From Octopus bimaculoides (taxonomy: Eukaryota), in NCBI RefSeq assembly GCF_001194135.2, contig NC_068982.1, positions 142,179,666-142,242,797 of the forward strand: a stretch of DNA of 63,132 bases. The letters run 5' to 3'. Below are positions 1-14,306 of this stretch, one piece after another. Numbering within the stretch: position 1 is the first letter of the stretch; every line of letters starts with the position of its first letter. Under the pieces are notes generated by a model that was not told where the DNA came from, made no database searches, and saw nothing but the letters and a program-made list of their open reading frames with translations. A program made the position numbers and the translations under genes.

Positions 1-132
1 GCTTAATTTATCAACCTCGAAAGGATGAAAGACAAAGTCGACCTCGGTGGAATTTGAACTCAGAACGTAAAGAAACCGGAACAAATATTGTAGGTCATTG
101 TTTTTAGTTTCCGAACACTAACAAATCTACCA
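1..132 (-). mobile_element. tRNA-derived SINE family A, variant head, cut by window edge
   Basis: Minus strand reads ...ctttacgttctgagttcaaattccaccgaggtcgactttgtctttcatcctttcgaggttgataaa: B-box-like GAGTTCAAATTCC plus the central domain shared with other copies in the window. Confidence 0.8.
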
Positions 133-140
133 TAATGATA

Positions 141-362
141 ATAACCCTTTCTACTATAGACACAAGGCCTCAAATTTGGTGGGAAGGGGATAAGTCTAAG
201 TCGATTACATCAACCCCAGTTTTGACTGGTTCTTATTTTACCGACCCCGAACGGATGAAAGGCAAAGTCGGCGTCGGCGGAATTTGAACTCAGAACGTAA
301 GGATGGATGAAATGCCACTAAGCATTTTGCCCGGCGTGCTAACGATTCTGCCAGCTCACTTC
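141..362 (-). mobile_element. tRNA-derived SINE family A, near full length
   Basis: Minus strand has head gagctggcagaatcgttagc, B-box gagttcaaattcc, central gcctttcatccgttcggggtcggtaaaataag and an (att)-type tail; homologous to 402-625, 51372-51583 and 56395-56578. Confidence 0.9.
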
Positions 363-401
363 TTTTACCATAATAATAATAATAATATTAATGCTACTAT
401 T

Positions 402-625
402 AAGGTGGCGAGCTGGCAAAATTGTTACCTTTCCGGAGAAAACGCTTAGAAGTATTTCGTCCGTCTTTACGTCCTAAGTTCAGACGTTACCGGGTCGACT
501 TTGACTTTCTTCCTTTCGGGGTTGATAAAAGAAGTACCAGTTCAACATTGGAGACCATGTAATCGATTACCCTCCGCCTCCCCCGAAATTTTAGGCCTCC
601 TACCAAAATGTTAAACCATTATTAG
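402..625 (+). mobile_element. tRNA-derived SINE family A, near full length
   Basis: aaggtggcgagctggcaaaattgtta...gtcgactttgactttcttcctttcggggttgataaaagaagtaccag...aaaccattatt; inverted relative to 141-362. Confidence 0.85.
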
Positions 626-1208
626 TGCTGCTAGTACCGCTATCGATGCATGCAACAATAGATACAACCACAACAACACACACCACCACCATCACTATTA
701 TTACTGGATCATCATTGAATAGTACTGCCCCTATATGTACTACTACAACCATTACATTTCACATTAACACTACCAGAAATATACTAATCTACTTCTACAA
801 TTACTACTATTACTACTGTTACTACTAGAAGTAATAGTAGTATTTGTAGTACAAGTAGTAGTGGCGATGGTAGGCCTTGCTACGCACGCCGAGCCAAACG
901 TTATCTTCCATACATCCACGCCTGTGATTGAGAAAAACAGTCTGCTTCGACAACATACAACTGCAATTTGAATAACATACCGGCAACATTTCCATCTTTT
1001 ACCAATATCATCTCCCACTTCCTCTCTTTGTCTATGACCTTTTCTTTGTGCCTTTCTTTCTTTCTTTCTTTCTTTCATTCTTTCATTCTTTTTTTCTTTT
1101 TCTTTCTATACTCCGCATTTCTCTCTCATTCTCGGATTTTGAATTCGCTGGCATAGCGAATCCAAAACGTAATACATACGCAAATATATATACATATATT
1201 GCTGCAAT

Positions 1209-1209
<1 letters not shown>

Positions 1210-1298
<89 letters not shown>
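1210..1298. repeat. (TAC)n(TGC)n compound microsatellite
   Basis: Direct reading. Confidence 0.95.
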
Positions 1299-1715
1299 TG
1301 CCAGTAGTAGTACTTGTACATATATATANNNNNNNNNNNNNNNNNNNNNNNNNNNNNNNNNNNNNNNNNNNNNNNNNNNNNNNNNNNNNNNNNNNNNNNN
1401 NNNNNNNNNNNNNNNNNNNNNNNNNNNNNNNNNNNNNNNNNNNNNNNNNNNNNNNNNNNNNNNNNNNNNNNNNNNNNNNNNNNNNNNNNNNNNNNNNNNN
1501 NNNNNNNNNNNNNNNNNNNNNNNNNNNNNNNNNNNNNNNNNNNNNNNNNNNNNNNNNNNNNNNNNNNNNNNNNNNNNNNNNNNNNNNNNNNNNNNNNNNN
1601 NNNNNNNNNNNNNNNNNNNNNNNNNNNNNNNNNNNNNNNNNNNNNTATATATATATATATATATATATGTGTATGCATACATATGCATATACATACGTCT
1701 ATGTACACACACACG

Positions 1716-1746
<31 letters not shown>

Positions 1747-2122
1747 GCACATATATCCTGATACATAGATGTGTAGGAGTTTTGTCCGTCTGTGAGAGCG
1801 AGGAAAAGTGCGTATGTGTGTGGGGGCGTGATCGCAGGGGCGCATCTCTGTCCACGCACATAAATTCAACAGCAGTACAACCACCACCAGCACCACTACG
1901 ACCAAACTTGATCTCGTACGGCACCCTAAGGACTCCCTACTCGACACTGCTATTACGAGTGCCATCCACGACACCACGACCTTTGCTACATTCAACACCA
2001 CCATCACCGTGACCACCACCACCAACAAAAACAATAAACACGTATGCCACCACTATTAGCATTAGTTCAATGAAGAACTGGAAGTATTTCTTTTTTTGTT
2101 CTTTTGTAAATGCGAAATATAG

Positions 2123-2235
2123 GTCTGTTCTGGATGAGGAGACGTCGTTCGATCTCTGAGTTAGATGGAGCAACCAAACTGTCTTTAAATCGCAAACACA
2201 GGGAGAGTGTCATGTGTGGAGCGCCGTTATCATAA
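2123..2235 (+). CDS. Candidate terminal coding exon of an unidentified gene
   Basis: Pyrimidine tract at ~2087-2107 and AG at 2121-2122. The phase-1 frame reads xLFWMRRRRSISELDGATKLSLNRKHRESVMCGAPLS* and is non-repetitive in a repeat-rich setting. No homology recognised. Confidence 0.25.
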
Positions 2236-2304
2236 GTCTGCTTGGTCAGGGCTAGTCTCTGGAGTTGAACAACAACAATAAGGGATGATGGGAGGAAGAG
2301 GTTG

Positions 2305-2306
<2 letters not shown>

Positions 2307-2352
<46 letters not shown>

Positions 2353-2362
2353 NNNNNNNNNN

Positions 2363-2409
<47 letters not shown>

Positions 2410-2460
2410 AATCAAGAAAAGAGAGAAAGAGAGAGACAGATAGACAGACAGACAGACAAA
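2307..2460. repeat. (AG)n/(AGAC)n microsatellite with small gap
   Basis: Direct reading. Confidence 0.9.
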
Positions 2461-2582
2461 GGAAAGAGAGAAAGGGAGAGTGAGATTGGGGGGGGAGAAA
2501 GTTAGGGTCGTGTAATGTTGAGGTGGAATAGTGAATTGTTAGAAGAGAAAATGAACTACTACTACTACTACTACTACTACTA

Positions 2583-2618
<36 letters not shown>

Positions 2619-2821
2619 GTATTAGTAGTAGTAGTAGTAGTAGTAATAGTAGTAGTAGTAGTAGAGTTCGATCCAGTGTTATTAAGGGCTAAACATCGAA
2701 CTACAACTACAATTAGTATCATTAGTGTTACTACTAGTATTACTTACTACTACTAGAAATAATAGTACTATTCCTAACTAGTAGATTACAAACTACCAAT
2801 ACAACAATCCCAACTTCAACC

Positions 2822-2825
2822 ATGC

Positions 2826-2878
<53 letters not shown>

Positions 2879-3383
2879 CCACCACCGCCGTCAACAGCAG
2901 TATCNNNNNNNNNNNNNNNNNNNNNNNNNNNNNNNNNNNNNNNNNNNNNNNNNNNNNNNNNNNNNNNNNNNNNNNNNNNNNNNNNNNNNNNNNNNNNNNN
3001 NNNNNNNNNNNNNNNNNNNNNNNNNNNNNNNNNNNNNNNNNNNNNNNNNNNNNNNNNNNNNNNNNNNNNNNNNNNNNNNNNNNNNNNNNNNNNNNNNNNN
3101 NNNNNNNNNNNNNNNNNNNNNNNNNNNNNNNNNNNNNNNNNNNNNNNNNNNNNNNNNNNNNNNNNNNNNNNNNNNNNNNNNNNNNNNNNNNNNNNNTAAT
3201 AATAAAAATAATAACAATAATAATAATAATAATAATAACAATAATAATAATAATAATAATAAAAACAATAATAATAATAATAATAACAATAATAATACTA
3301 ATAACAATAATAATAATAACAACAATAATAATAATAATAATGATAATAATAACAATACTAATAATAATAATAATAATAATCAC

Positions 3384-3424
<41 letters not shown>

Positions 3425-3495
3425 TAACAGTAATAATAATAATAATAATAATAATAATGATGATGATGATGATAATAATAATAATGATAATAATA
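2822..3495. repeat. (CAT)n, gap, long (AAT)n tract
   Basis: Direct reading; source of the poly-I/poly-L pseudo-ORFs. Confidence 0.95.
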
Positions 3496-3498
3496 ATC

Positions 3499-3629
3499 CT
3501 TTCTATTATAGACATAAAGTCTGAATTTTTGAGGAGGGGAAAAGTCGAATACATCAACCCGAGTATTCACCTGGTACTTAATTTATCGACCCCTCCCACG
3601 AAAAGATGAAAGTGAAGTCAACCGCGGCG

Positions 3630-3633
<4 letters not shown>
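3499..3633 (-). mobile_element. SINE family A, head truncated at the B-box, embedded in (AAT)n
   Basis: Plus strand ...ggtacttaatttatcgacccctcccacgaaaagatgaaagtgaagtcaaccgcggcggaat, then directly (aat)n. Confidence 0.75.
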
Positions 3634-3673
<40 letters not shown>

Positions 3674-4123
3674 GTAATAATAATGGTAATAAAAATAAAA
3701 ATAATAATAATAATAATGATAATAATAGAAAAAAATGTATTTCGATTGACAAGCGAGCAGAGGGGTGGGTGTAGTGTGATTGAATGTGTGATAAGGGAGA
3801 GGTGTCGGGAAAGAGAATGAGTGGGAATGTGAATCAAAGAGAAAGAGAGAAAAAGACAGACAGAGACATAGTGATAGAGTGATATTTCAAGTTGAATGTT
3901 GAGAGGCGGAAAGATGAAAGGATGAATGAAAGAAAAGTAAGAAGAAGGGACGGAGAGAAAGAATGGAGAGATCGTAGAACTGAGGGACCGGAAAGGAAAG
4001 AAAACAAAAAGTAAAAGAGAACTTTTAAAAGAACTGAGGGGTACAAAAAATTACTACACGAAGAACTATACCAACAGCAGCCACAACAACACGACTATAC
4101 AATTGCAGCTGTTATTGTTGGTC

Positions 4124-4181
<58 letters not shown>

Positions 4182-4358
4182 TGTATGCATGTATGTATGT
4201 GTGTGTGTATATGCACGTACAGTCATGCATCTATGTACATGTGTGTGTGGTTTTGCTTGTGTTGCAAGAATTTTTTTTTTTGTTGTTGTTTCAAAATGAA
4301 TTGTGAAAAATAAGCTAATTCTTCATAACTTTCTTATTTAAAAGAAAATATTTTCAAG

Positions 4359-4502
4359 CAACAAATATTTTATGGAGAAAACTTGAATCAACAGATTTCA
4401 GATTTACCCGCTGAAGAACCGGAATCGTGTAACTCGGAGTTCTCAATTTCGGAGGCTTTTGAATTAGAATCTATTAAAGAATGGTCTACACTTCTCTTTT
4501 CG
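4359..4502 (+). CDS. Candidate internal exon (phase 0-0)
   Basis: ttttcaag|...tcg|gtaaat; 144 nt open frame QQIFYGENLNQQISDLPAEEPESCNSEFSISEAFELESIKEWSTLLFS. The opposite strand also has an open frame with a gtaaat donor, so strand is ambiguous. Confidence 0.3.
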
Positions 4503-4557
4503 GTAAATTGACATATATACACAAATACAATACATAACACACACAAACACACCATAA

Positions 4558-4592
<35 letters not shown>

Positions 4593-4709
4593 AATATACA
4601 TACACACACATATATTTATATACACACACATATATATATATATACACACATAGACATATATATGTGTAGATATATATATGCATATATATATGTATACATA
4701 TATACATAT

Positions 4710-4768
<59 letters not shown>

Positions 4769-5666
4769 NNNNNNNNNNNNNNNNNNNNNNNNNNNNNNNN
4801 NNNNNNNNNNNNNNNNNNNNNNNNNNNNNNNNNNNNNNNNNNNNNNNNNNNNNNNNNNNNNNNNNNNNNNNNNNNNNNNNNNNNNNNNNNNNNNNNNNNN
4901 NNNNNNNNNNNNNNNNNNNNNNNNNNNNNNNNNNNNNNNNNNNNNNNNNNNNNNNNNNNNNNNNNNNNNNNNNNNNNNNNNNNNNNNNNNNNNNNNNNNN
5001 NNNNNNNNNNNNNNNNNNNNNNNNNNNNNNNNNNNNNNNNNNNNNNNNNNNNNNNNNNNNNNNNNNNNNNNNNNNNNNNNNNNNNNNNNNNNNNNNNNNN
5101 NNNNNNNNNNNNNNNNNNNNNNNNNNNNNNNNNNNNNNNNNNNNNNNNNNNNNNNNNNNNNNNNNNNNNNNNNNNNNNNNNNNNNNNNNNNNNNNNNNNN
5201 NNNNNNNNNNNNNNNNNNNNNNNNNNNNNNNNNNNNNNNNNNNNNNNNNNNNNNNTCTTTCTTTCTTTCTTTACTTCTCTCTCTCTTTCCATGTGACTCA
5301 CATTTCCCTGCAAGTCTCTCTCTCTCTCTCTCTTTCTGTCTTTTTCTCTTTCTCTTTATTTCTCTCTCTCTCTCTCTCTCTGTACGTCAACCTTTTGCCC
5401 ACGCACAGTCGTATGTATGAACATACGGACACGCACTTGACACATACAGAGAGAACTTACGGAAAGAATATGAGTAAAAAAAAAAAAGAATAACAATAAA
5501 TTACATAAGAAATAATAAAAAAAAAGGTCGAAGAACAGCAAAACAACAACAAACGTAAACACTAACACTACTAGAATAATAACAGCAACAACAACTGTAC
5601 TATAGTCGTTTCCAATAAACCGAAACATCATCATCATCAACATTAATTCCTAACTTATAAACAAAT

Positions 5667-5679
5667 ATGACAACTGCTG

Positions 5680-5743
<64 letters not shown>

Positions 5744-6663
5744 AACTGCTGCTGCTGCTGCTACTACTACTAATACTACTAATAGTAATAATAATAATAA
5801 TAATCATACTACAACCTCTACTACTACTACTACTACTACTACTACTAATAATAATAATAATAATAACAATAATAATAATAATACAACCTCTACTACTACT
5901 ACTACTACTACTACTACTAGCGGTGCCACCACCATCACTAGCACCACCACGACAATCACGACCATCACAACCACCACCACAACCACCACCACCACCACCA
6001 CAACCACCACCAACACAACAACCACCACCACCACNNNNNNNNNNNNNNNNNNNNNNNNNNNNNNNNNNNNNNNNNNNNNNNNNNNNNNNNNNNNNNNNNN
6101 NNNNNNNNNNNNNNNNNNNNNNNNNNNNNNNNNNNNNNNNNNNNNNNNNNNNNNNNNNNNNNNNNNNNNNNNNNNNNNNNNNNNNNNNNNNNNNNNNNNN
6201 NNNNNNNNNNNNNNNNNNNNNNNNNNNNNNNNNNNNNNNNNNNNNNNNNNNNNNNNNNNNNNNNNNNNNNNNNNNNNNNNNNNNNNNNNNNNNNNNNNNN
6301 NNNNNNNNNNNNNNNNNNNNNNNNNNNNNNNNNNNNNNNNNNNNNNNNNNNNNNNNNNNNNNNNNNNNNNNNNNNNNNNNNNNNNNNNNNNNNNNNNNNN
6401 NNNNNNNNNNNNNNNNNNNNNNNNNNNNNNNNNNNNNNNNNNNNNNNNNNNNNNNNNNNNNNNNNNNNNNNNNNNNNNNNNNNNNNNNNNNNNNNNNNNN
6501 NNNNNNNNNNNNNNNNNNNNNNNNNNNNNNNNNNNNNNNNNNNNNNNNNNNNNNNNNNNNNNNNNNNNNNNNNNNNNNNNNNNNNNNNNNNNNNNNNNNN
6601 NNNNNNNNNNNNATGTATGCTTGGAAATAATGATAATAATAATAATAAAATAACAACAACAAC

Positions 6664-6712
<49 letters not shown>

Positions 6713-6722
6713 TAACAACAGC

Positions 6723-6757
<35 letters not shown>

Positions 6758-6775
6758 TAATAATAATACTAATAA

Positions 6776-6869
<94 letters not shown>

Positions 6870-7636
6870 TAAAACTACTGAACAATAATAATAATAATAA
6901 TAATAATAATGATAATAATAAACAGGATGGTCACGTTTCGAATGGCTTTGATATATGGTCTTATTGATCAGGGTTGAAATGTTGATAAATAGCAGGAGCA
7001 GCAACAATATTCACCATCATCATCATTGCCATCTTCATCATCATCATCATCATCATCACCGCCACCAACATCATTGTCATCACCAACAGCATTACTCACG
7101 ACAGTAATAGCATCAACAATAACAACAACAATAAAAGCAGAGGAACACCGCATTATCGTGGTGGTGGTGGTGGTGGTGGTGGTGGTGGTCGCCGTCATCG
7201 TCGTCATTGTCCTCATCATCATCATCATCATCATCATCATCGTTAACAGTAGCATCATTGAATGTATAGTAATAACAGCGACAACAATAGCAAGAACAAC
7301 AACGAACAAGACCAACAGCTAGAATCGCTGGATCAGTAAGCATCCATACCACTAGCAACAACAACAACAACAGCAACCACACCGATAACATCGAAACGCA
7401 GAGCCAACTAGACAGCTCTTACGTGGTCGCTCGGCCTGTTAGAAACAGCAGTCAATACACCCTCAAAATTATACACTACCGGTCTGAACGAAGCGGTCTA
7501 CAATGGCGAAAGTAGTCCTCCAAGATAATGCGAAAATGAAGGGATGGTCACGGCTAGAAAGCCTTTGGTAATAGCGCTGCACAGGATCGGCGTTAAACAG
7601 CAACTGCAAAAAAAACTTCTACTGCTGCTGCTGCTT

Positions 7637-7682
<46 letters not shown>

Positions 7683-7792
7683 ACGTAGTGATACTAATCG
7701 CAAAAAATATCACCTCTGTAGCCCACACCGCCACCACCACCACCGCCACCACCACCACCACCACTACAAAAACAACAACAATAACAACGACA

Positions 7793-7839
<47 letters not shown>

Positions 7840-8005
7840 AAAAACACCGACAACAACAACAACAACAACAACAACAGCAGCATCGGTAGCAGCTGAAAGA
7901 TTAGCACCCAACTTCAAGAACAGCACCACAGCGACGATAATTTACTATCGCCACCATTAACTCCATCACCACCACCACCACCACCACTACCGCCTCCAAC
8001 AACAA

Positions 8006-8036
<31 letters not shown>

Positions 8037-8160
8037 GATACGCACCATTGCCACCACCATCACCATTCGGATACCATTAGCACATCACCACCACCACCTC
8101 CACCACATCCACCGGCTCCACCGCCGCCACCGCCGCTACCACCACACACCGTCGCCATCA
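5667..8160. repeat. Mosaic of trinucleotide tracts (TAC, TGC, AAT, CAC, CAT, AAC) around a 578-nt gap
   Basis: Direct reading; stop codons interrupt every frame over the whole span. Confidence 0.85.
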
Positions 8161-8786
8161 CAATTTCTCACCACCACAGTAACAAAAAAAAAGCATACTA
8201 CCACTGTATGCATTCTTCACGCGTGCATACATACATTGCACATATATTTCTAAACACATNNNNNNNNNNNNNNNNNNNNNNNNNNNNNNNNNNNNNNNNN
8301 NNNNNNNNNNNNNNNNNNNNNNNNNNNNNNNNNNNNNNNNNNNNNNNNNNNNNNNNNNNNNNNNNNNNNNNNNNNNNNNNNNNNNNNNNNNNNNNNNNNN
8401 NNNNNNNNNNNNNNNNNNNNNNNNNNNNNNNNNNNNNNNNNNNNNNNNNNNNNNNNNNNNNNNNNNNNNNNNNNNNNNNNNNNNNNNNNNNNNNNNNNNN
8501 NNTATATATGCATGTGTATACGTGTGGAAACCATTACGTGCGTATAGGCACATATACATCCGTGTACATATAAAGTACGTACATACACACACACACACAT
8601 ACATATACGTATACACACACACATATACGTATACACACACATACACGCACACACGTACCAAAAATCTACATGTTCGCACGTATATCTATGTAAACACAAA
8701 CACACACACATACACACATAAACACACACACAAACACATATGTATATATTTATGATACACACACGCACGCACTCTTGTATACACAG

Positions 8787-8839
8787 ATACTACTGTTGCA
8801 GCTGTTGCAGAGGTTGATACTACCACCACTACCACCACC

Positions 8840-8877
<38 letters not shown>

Positions 8878-8895
8878 CACTACTACTACCAATAT

Positions 8896-8956
<61 letters not shown>

Positions 8957-9077
8957 GCAGCTCCGCTGCTCGAGCGCTACTTTGGAGGGAAAACGAAACT
9001 CACATCGTGTTTGGCTGTGTGTACTAGCCTTAAACTTTGGAAGTACCATTCAGGGGTTCGCCGTCGCATTCAGGTAG
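8787..9077 (+). CDS. Candidate exon: Thr-rich tract plus Cys-containing peptide
   Basis: tcttgtatacacag|AT ACT ACT GTT...; the frame is open through poly-Thr to APLLERYFGGKTKLTSCLAVCTSLKLWKYHSGVRRRIQV. Donors CAG|gtaggt (9073) or GTAG|gtaagg (9077, giving a symmetric 291-nt phase 1-1 exon). Confidence 0.35.
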
Positions 9078-9139
9078 GTAAGGCAATCCTTATATATATG
9101 CATACACATAAACACATACACACACACACACATACACAC

Positions 9140-9208
<69 letters not shown>

Positions 9209-11417
9209 CACACATACACACATACATATAAACATAATTACAAATATATATATATATATATATATGTACACACTTAAACGCATAAAAGAAATGAAAATTG
9301 AAATTTAAAAAAAGTAACGCGCAAAGTGAGGTGCTTTTTTTAATAATAAATAATTAAGTAAATATAACACAAATAAGAAATACAAAACAGTAAAATAATA
9401 ATTACAGATTATTGTTTGAAAGAAAAATGAAATGAATGATGTGAGAATATATGTAATATTTCATAATAGCGAAATTGTTCTTGGGAATGTTATTATCATT
9501 ATTATTATTATTAATGATATATGAAGATTGTTGAAGTAGACAAAGAAAACGGTTACGACGACGACGACGACGACGATGATGATGATGATGATGATGATGA
9601 TTATCATTATTATTATTTCTAATATTATTATTCTTATTGATAATGTTGATAAAATTGAGAAGCTTAATCGCTTCACAAAGAAAAAAAAACAACAAAAAAA
9701 TAACCACTTGTGACAATAATGATGATAATGATGATGATGTTGCTGCTGCTGCTGCTGCTAATGATGATGATGATGATGATGATGATGTCGGCAATGACGA
9801 CGATTTTTTATAACGGGAACCTTATTTTTTTTTTTGCATTTATTTTTCCCTGCCCTCTTAAAAAAAACCTCTCCAATACTGGACCTGTTGCCCAGCAGTA
9901 AGAAAAAACACACGCATACATACTCTCATAAGCGCTCTCTCTCCTCTATACTTCTCTATTTCTCTTTTTTTTTGTCTCTCTCTCTCTCACTCTCTTTTTC
10001 TCTCTCTCTCTGTGATTTTTCTCTCCTTCTATCTCTTATTTATTATTCATTAAATCATTTCATATTTATTCCCTACATAATTTGGGACCCGCAAATTCTA
10101 TGCCCTAAAACCTTCACGCAAACCCAAGTAGTTTTACCTCCTAATAAATTCTTTTCATTAATATCTTGCCTTTGTAACACTTCTTTCTACGATTGTAGAC
10201 TTTTTGTAAAAGTGTGTACGTGTATATATGTGTGTGTGTGTGTGTTAAACTTTCCCTGTGTTTTATATACATACGTATGTATGTATGTTTAATTGTATGT
10301 ATGAGTGAATGTATGCCTGTTTGTGTGTGCATGTATTGATATAAATGTATGTAGGTGTATATAATTTCATTGATGTTTATACGAATAAATATAGCTATGT
10401 GTATATATATATATATTTCTATGCACACTCACTCTCGCAAGCACATTTATATACACGCAGATGCATATACGCAACGCACATACTGATGCCGTATTTTATG
10501 TACATACATACGTATCTACATGTATGCATGAATCTATGTATATACATACACTCAGTCACACACGTGTGTATGTATGTATGCATGCAAGCATGTATGTATG
10601 TATTTATGTATGTATGTATGTATGTATATATGGTATTGTATTAAAGCTGTCTCACGATGATTACACACATATATGTCATCAAAAGTCTATACGCACGTAT
10701 TCACGCATATATACGTACACGTAAATTCATACCCACACACATACACATAAATGCATCGACATACAGACACACATATCTATGTACTCATAGAGAAGTATAC
10801 ATACATACGTACGTACGCACGTACGTACATGTTTTAATGTCCGTTTCGGCTTGTATATTCAAAAAAGAGGCACGCACAGAATGTGTAGTTTCTCGAGTTT
10901 TGTGGTGTGCCATAACAAACACACACACACACACGCATACACACACTCACACACACACACACTCACACACACATTCACAGAGTCAGAGATGGATGCATAC
11001 ATGCAGTGACATACATATATACGTTTGTATGTGTCTGTATGCATAATATATGTCTATATGTATAATATATATATATGTGTCTGTAAGCATAATGTGTGTG
11101 TATGTGTGTGTGTGTGTTGGTGCTTACTCATTAGCACACAACACACTCACACATACTCACACACAAACAAACGAAAAATTTAGTGACAGAAGACATGGAA
11201 TGCTTTGCTTGATTCAATAAACTTATTTCAATGCCTGCATTTCTATGAGATTATGTTTTTATGTTTGTAAAACTGCGTATATCTTCGAGTGTATATATAT
11301 ATATGCCGGGATGGTGGTGTGCCAATGTGTACGCACATGGATGCGCGTGGAAATATAAGTTGCTTGTACTGTATATGCGTATGTATGTACGTATGTGTGT
11401 GTCTACTCATGTGTGTA

Positions 11418-11452
<35 letters not shown>

Positions 11453-11837
11453 TACGATTCTCTATCTCTCAATTCATACTTCCTGCAATTTCTGAGAATA
11501 CACTTTGCATTTTGCATTGTTTCTTCGCTTATAAAATACCTGTTTCTCTGTGTGAATGATAGGTTGGCAGAGAGATAAAGCGAGAAGGCGAGAAAGGGTA
11601 GATAGATGGATAGAGAGGCGAGAGAAGGAGAGAGAGAAAAAGAGAAACTAAGAGATATAGACAATGAATGTGAGAAGTAGATAGTAATGGAGAATACACA
11701 CCGACAGCTATCTATGAGATTCCGTGTGCGGATATATCTATATATCTGTGCATGTACGTACGTGTGTCCATATGCATGTGTATATGTATGTATGCACCTA
11801 TGTGTGTCTGAGTACATAGAGAATCCAAAAGACAGAC

Positions 11838-11864
11838 AGACGATTAGATAGATAGATAGATATC

Positions 11865-11931
<67 letters not shown>
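11838..11931. repeat. (GATA)n tetranucleotide microsatellite
   Basis: Direct reading. Confidence 0.95.
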
Positions 11932-12121
11932 GCTGACACACAGACATACCCCGATTAATAAGACATGGCGAAATATCAACACTTCGCAACCGGTGTATTT
12001 AAGCGTAGTACACACGCACACACATACACACACACACACTTATATACATACACACGTTCATACAGACGTACTGTATGTTTGTGTGTGTTTGTGCGTATTG
12101 TATGCGTGCATGTAAACGTAT

Positions 12122-12153
<32 letters not shown>

Positions 12154-12182
12154 ATGTGAGTATATATGTGTTTGTATCTCTC

Positions 12183-12225
<43 letters not shown>

Positions 12226-12445
12226 NNNNNNNNNNNNNNNNNNNNNNNNNNNNNNNNNNNNNNNNNNNNNNNNNNNNNNNNNNNNNNNNNNNNNNNNNNN
12301 NNNNNNNNNNNNNNNNNNNNNNNNNNNNNNNNNNNNNNNNNNNNNNNNNNNNNNNNNNNNNNNNNNNNNNNNNNNNNNNNNNNNNNNNNNNNNNNNNNNN
12401 NNNNNNNNNNNNNNNNNNNNNNNNNNNNNNNNNNNNATATATATA

Positions 12446-12600
12446 CGGTGTGTTAACGTCCCCGTAACTTAGTCATTGGTAAAAGTGACCGACGGAATAA
12501 GTACTAGGCTTACAAAGAATAAGTCCTGGTGTCGATTTGAAGGCGCTGCTCCAGCATGGCTGCTATCAAATGACCCAAACAAGTAAAATAATAAAAGAAT
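12446..12600 (+). mobile_element. SINE family B, 3' half
   Basis: gttaacgtccccgtaacttag...gaataagtactaggcttacaaagaataagtcctggtgtcgattt...ctccagcatggc...aaatgac...aagtaaaataataaaagaata; matches 39009-39366 and 59420-59830. Confidence 0.9.
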
Positions 12601-13082
12601 ATATATATATATGTTTCCCCTTTGTGTGTATTCGCTTTTATACGCATGTTTGCAGGTATATACTGTTGGCAATGGGCGACGGAGTCTTTAACTTCTTCGT
12701 TTCTTCATGTGTGTGTATATTGTAGGGATATGAATGTCAATGTTTGCATGTTTGTTGTTGTGGCCGCAATGTAATGTGTCCGTGCGTGTATCTGTTATGT
12801 ATGAGCGTCTGTGTTTGTACTTGTAATGTGTTATGTATTGTGTGTGTGTGTGTGCCCGCTACACGTGTAGTTGCATTTATTCTTGTGAAAAGAAAATTGC
12901 TCCAACGCCGCACCAACTGCAACGAAACATGCATGCAGGCACAGTTATAGAAAACTGTAGGCAGTTAGACACACAAATAGAGAGACAGACACGCAAATAG
13001 ACCGACAGATAGACAGACAGACAGAAACACGGATAGACAAGCTGACAGATAGACAGTTAGATGGATAAATAGATAGATAGAT

Positions 13083-13129
<47 letters not shown>

Positions 13130-13150
13130 TGAACAGACAGACAGACAGAC

Positions 13151-13195
<45 letters not shown>

Positions 13196-13364
13196 TACTT
13201 ATTCCTGCTCGGATTCGTTTGAATTTCAGTGCATGCAGCCATGTACGTATTTCTTTGCGAGTGTTAGTGAAAGAGAGAACGTTAAGTGCATTGGTATGGA
13301 AGCTTGCATGTCTCTTAACTTTTTTTTTTTTTTATTAGAGTTATCAGAATTTTTNNNNNNNNNN

Positions 13365-13417
<53 letters not shown>

Positions 13418-13522
13418 TTTGTTTTTTTAGCATGTAAGTGCTAAGTACATATATGGTTTGTGTGTGTGTATACCATAGTACGTATGTTTATGTGTATGCA
13501 TATGTTTGAGAGTATGTAGGTA

Positions 13523-13650
13523 TGTGGTGACATAAGAGTTGGTTTGTTTCCGTTCCCGTGAGCTAGCTGCTTGGCAGAATGTAACCGGTAGAAAAAGTAC
13601 CTAACTTGAAATTAGTTCTGGGTTCAATCTCATTCACCGAACACTTCAGT
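13523..13650 (+). mobile_element. Highly diverged SINE B-like 3' fragment
   Basis: Weak similarity: ttcccgtgagctagctgcttggcagaa...gtagaaaaagtacctaactt...ttctgggttcaat. Confidence 0.4.
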
Positions 13651-13965
13651 CCCGCGTCCCATTAACTATTGACACGTAAACAGTAAAGGAGTAAAAACGG
13701 TGACGGCTCACGAAGCCGCTCCTTTCAATACATCAATGTTATTCCGATTTTCATGACAATATTAATCTATTCTTTTAAATAGCAAGTCAGTAACGTGAAG
13801 ACAACATACGCATTGTGCGTACGAATGTTTGTGAGTGTGTGTGGGTGTCGGTNNNNNNNNNNNNNNNNNNNNNNNNNNNNNNNNNNNNNNNNNNNNNNNN
13901 NNNNNNNNNNNNNNNNNNNNNNNNNNNNNNNNNNNNNNNNNGCTGAGTGTGTGTGCGTGTGTGTG

Positions 13966-14012
<47 letters not shown>

Positions 14013-14085
14013 ATATGTATGTATATAGATATATATGCATATCTATCTGTCTATCTATCAATCTATGTATCCATCTATTTATTTC

Positions 14086-14116
<31 letters not shown>

Positions 14117-14125
14117 GTACACACA

Positions 14126-14167
<42 letters not shown>

Positions 14168-14306
14168 TACACTCACACACACATACAAACACACGGAATG
14201 AGGGAGATGAGCTGAGATATGAACTCAGGGAGAAGTGCACAATCACGTACAAAAATTATGTCTTCGTAATAATCGGATTTTTATTTTAAATAGTAGCACT
14301 TCGAAC

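Noticed and set aside
1937-2173. Minus-strand ORF with a hydrophobic stretch
   Set aside because: The hydrophobicity derives from low-complexity (CAC/AAC) DNA, and there is no other support.
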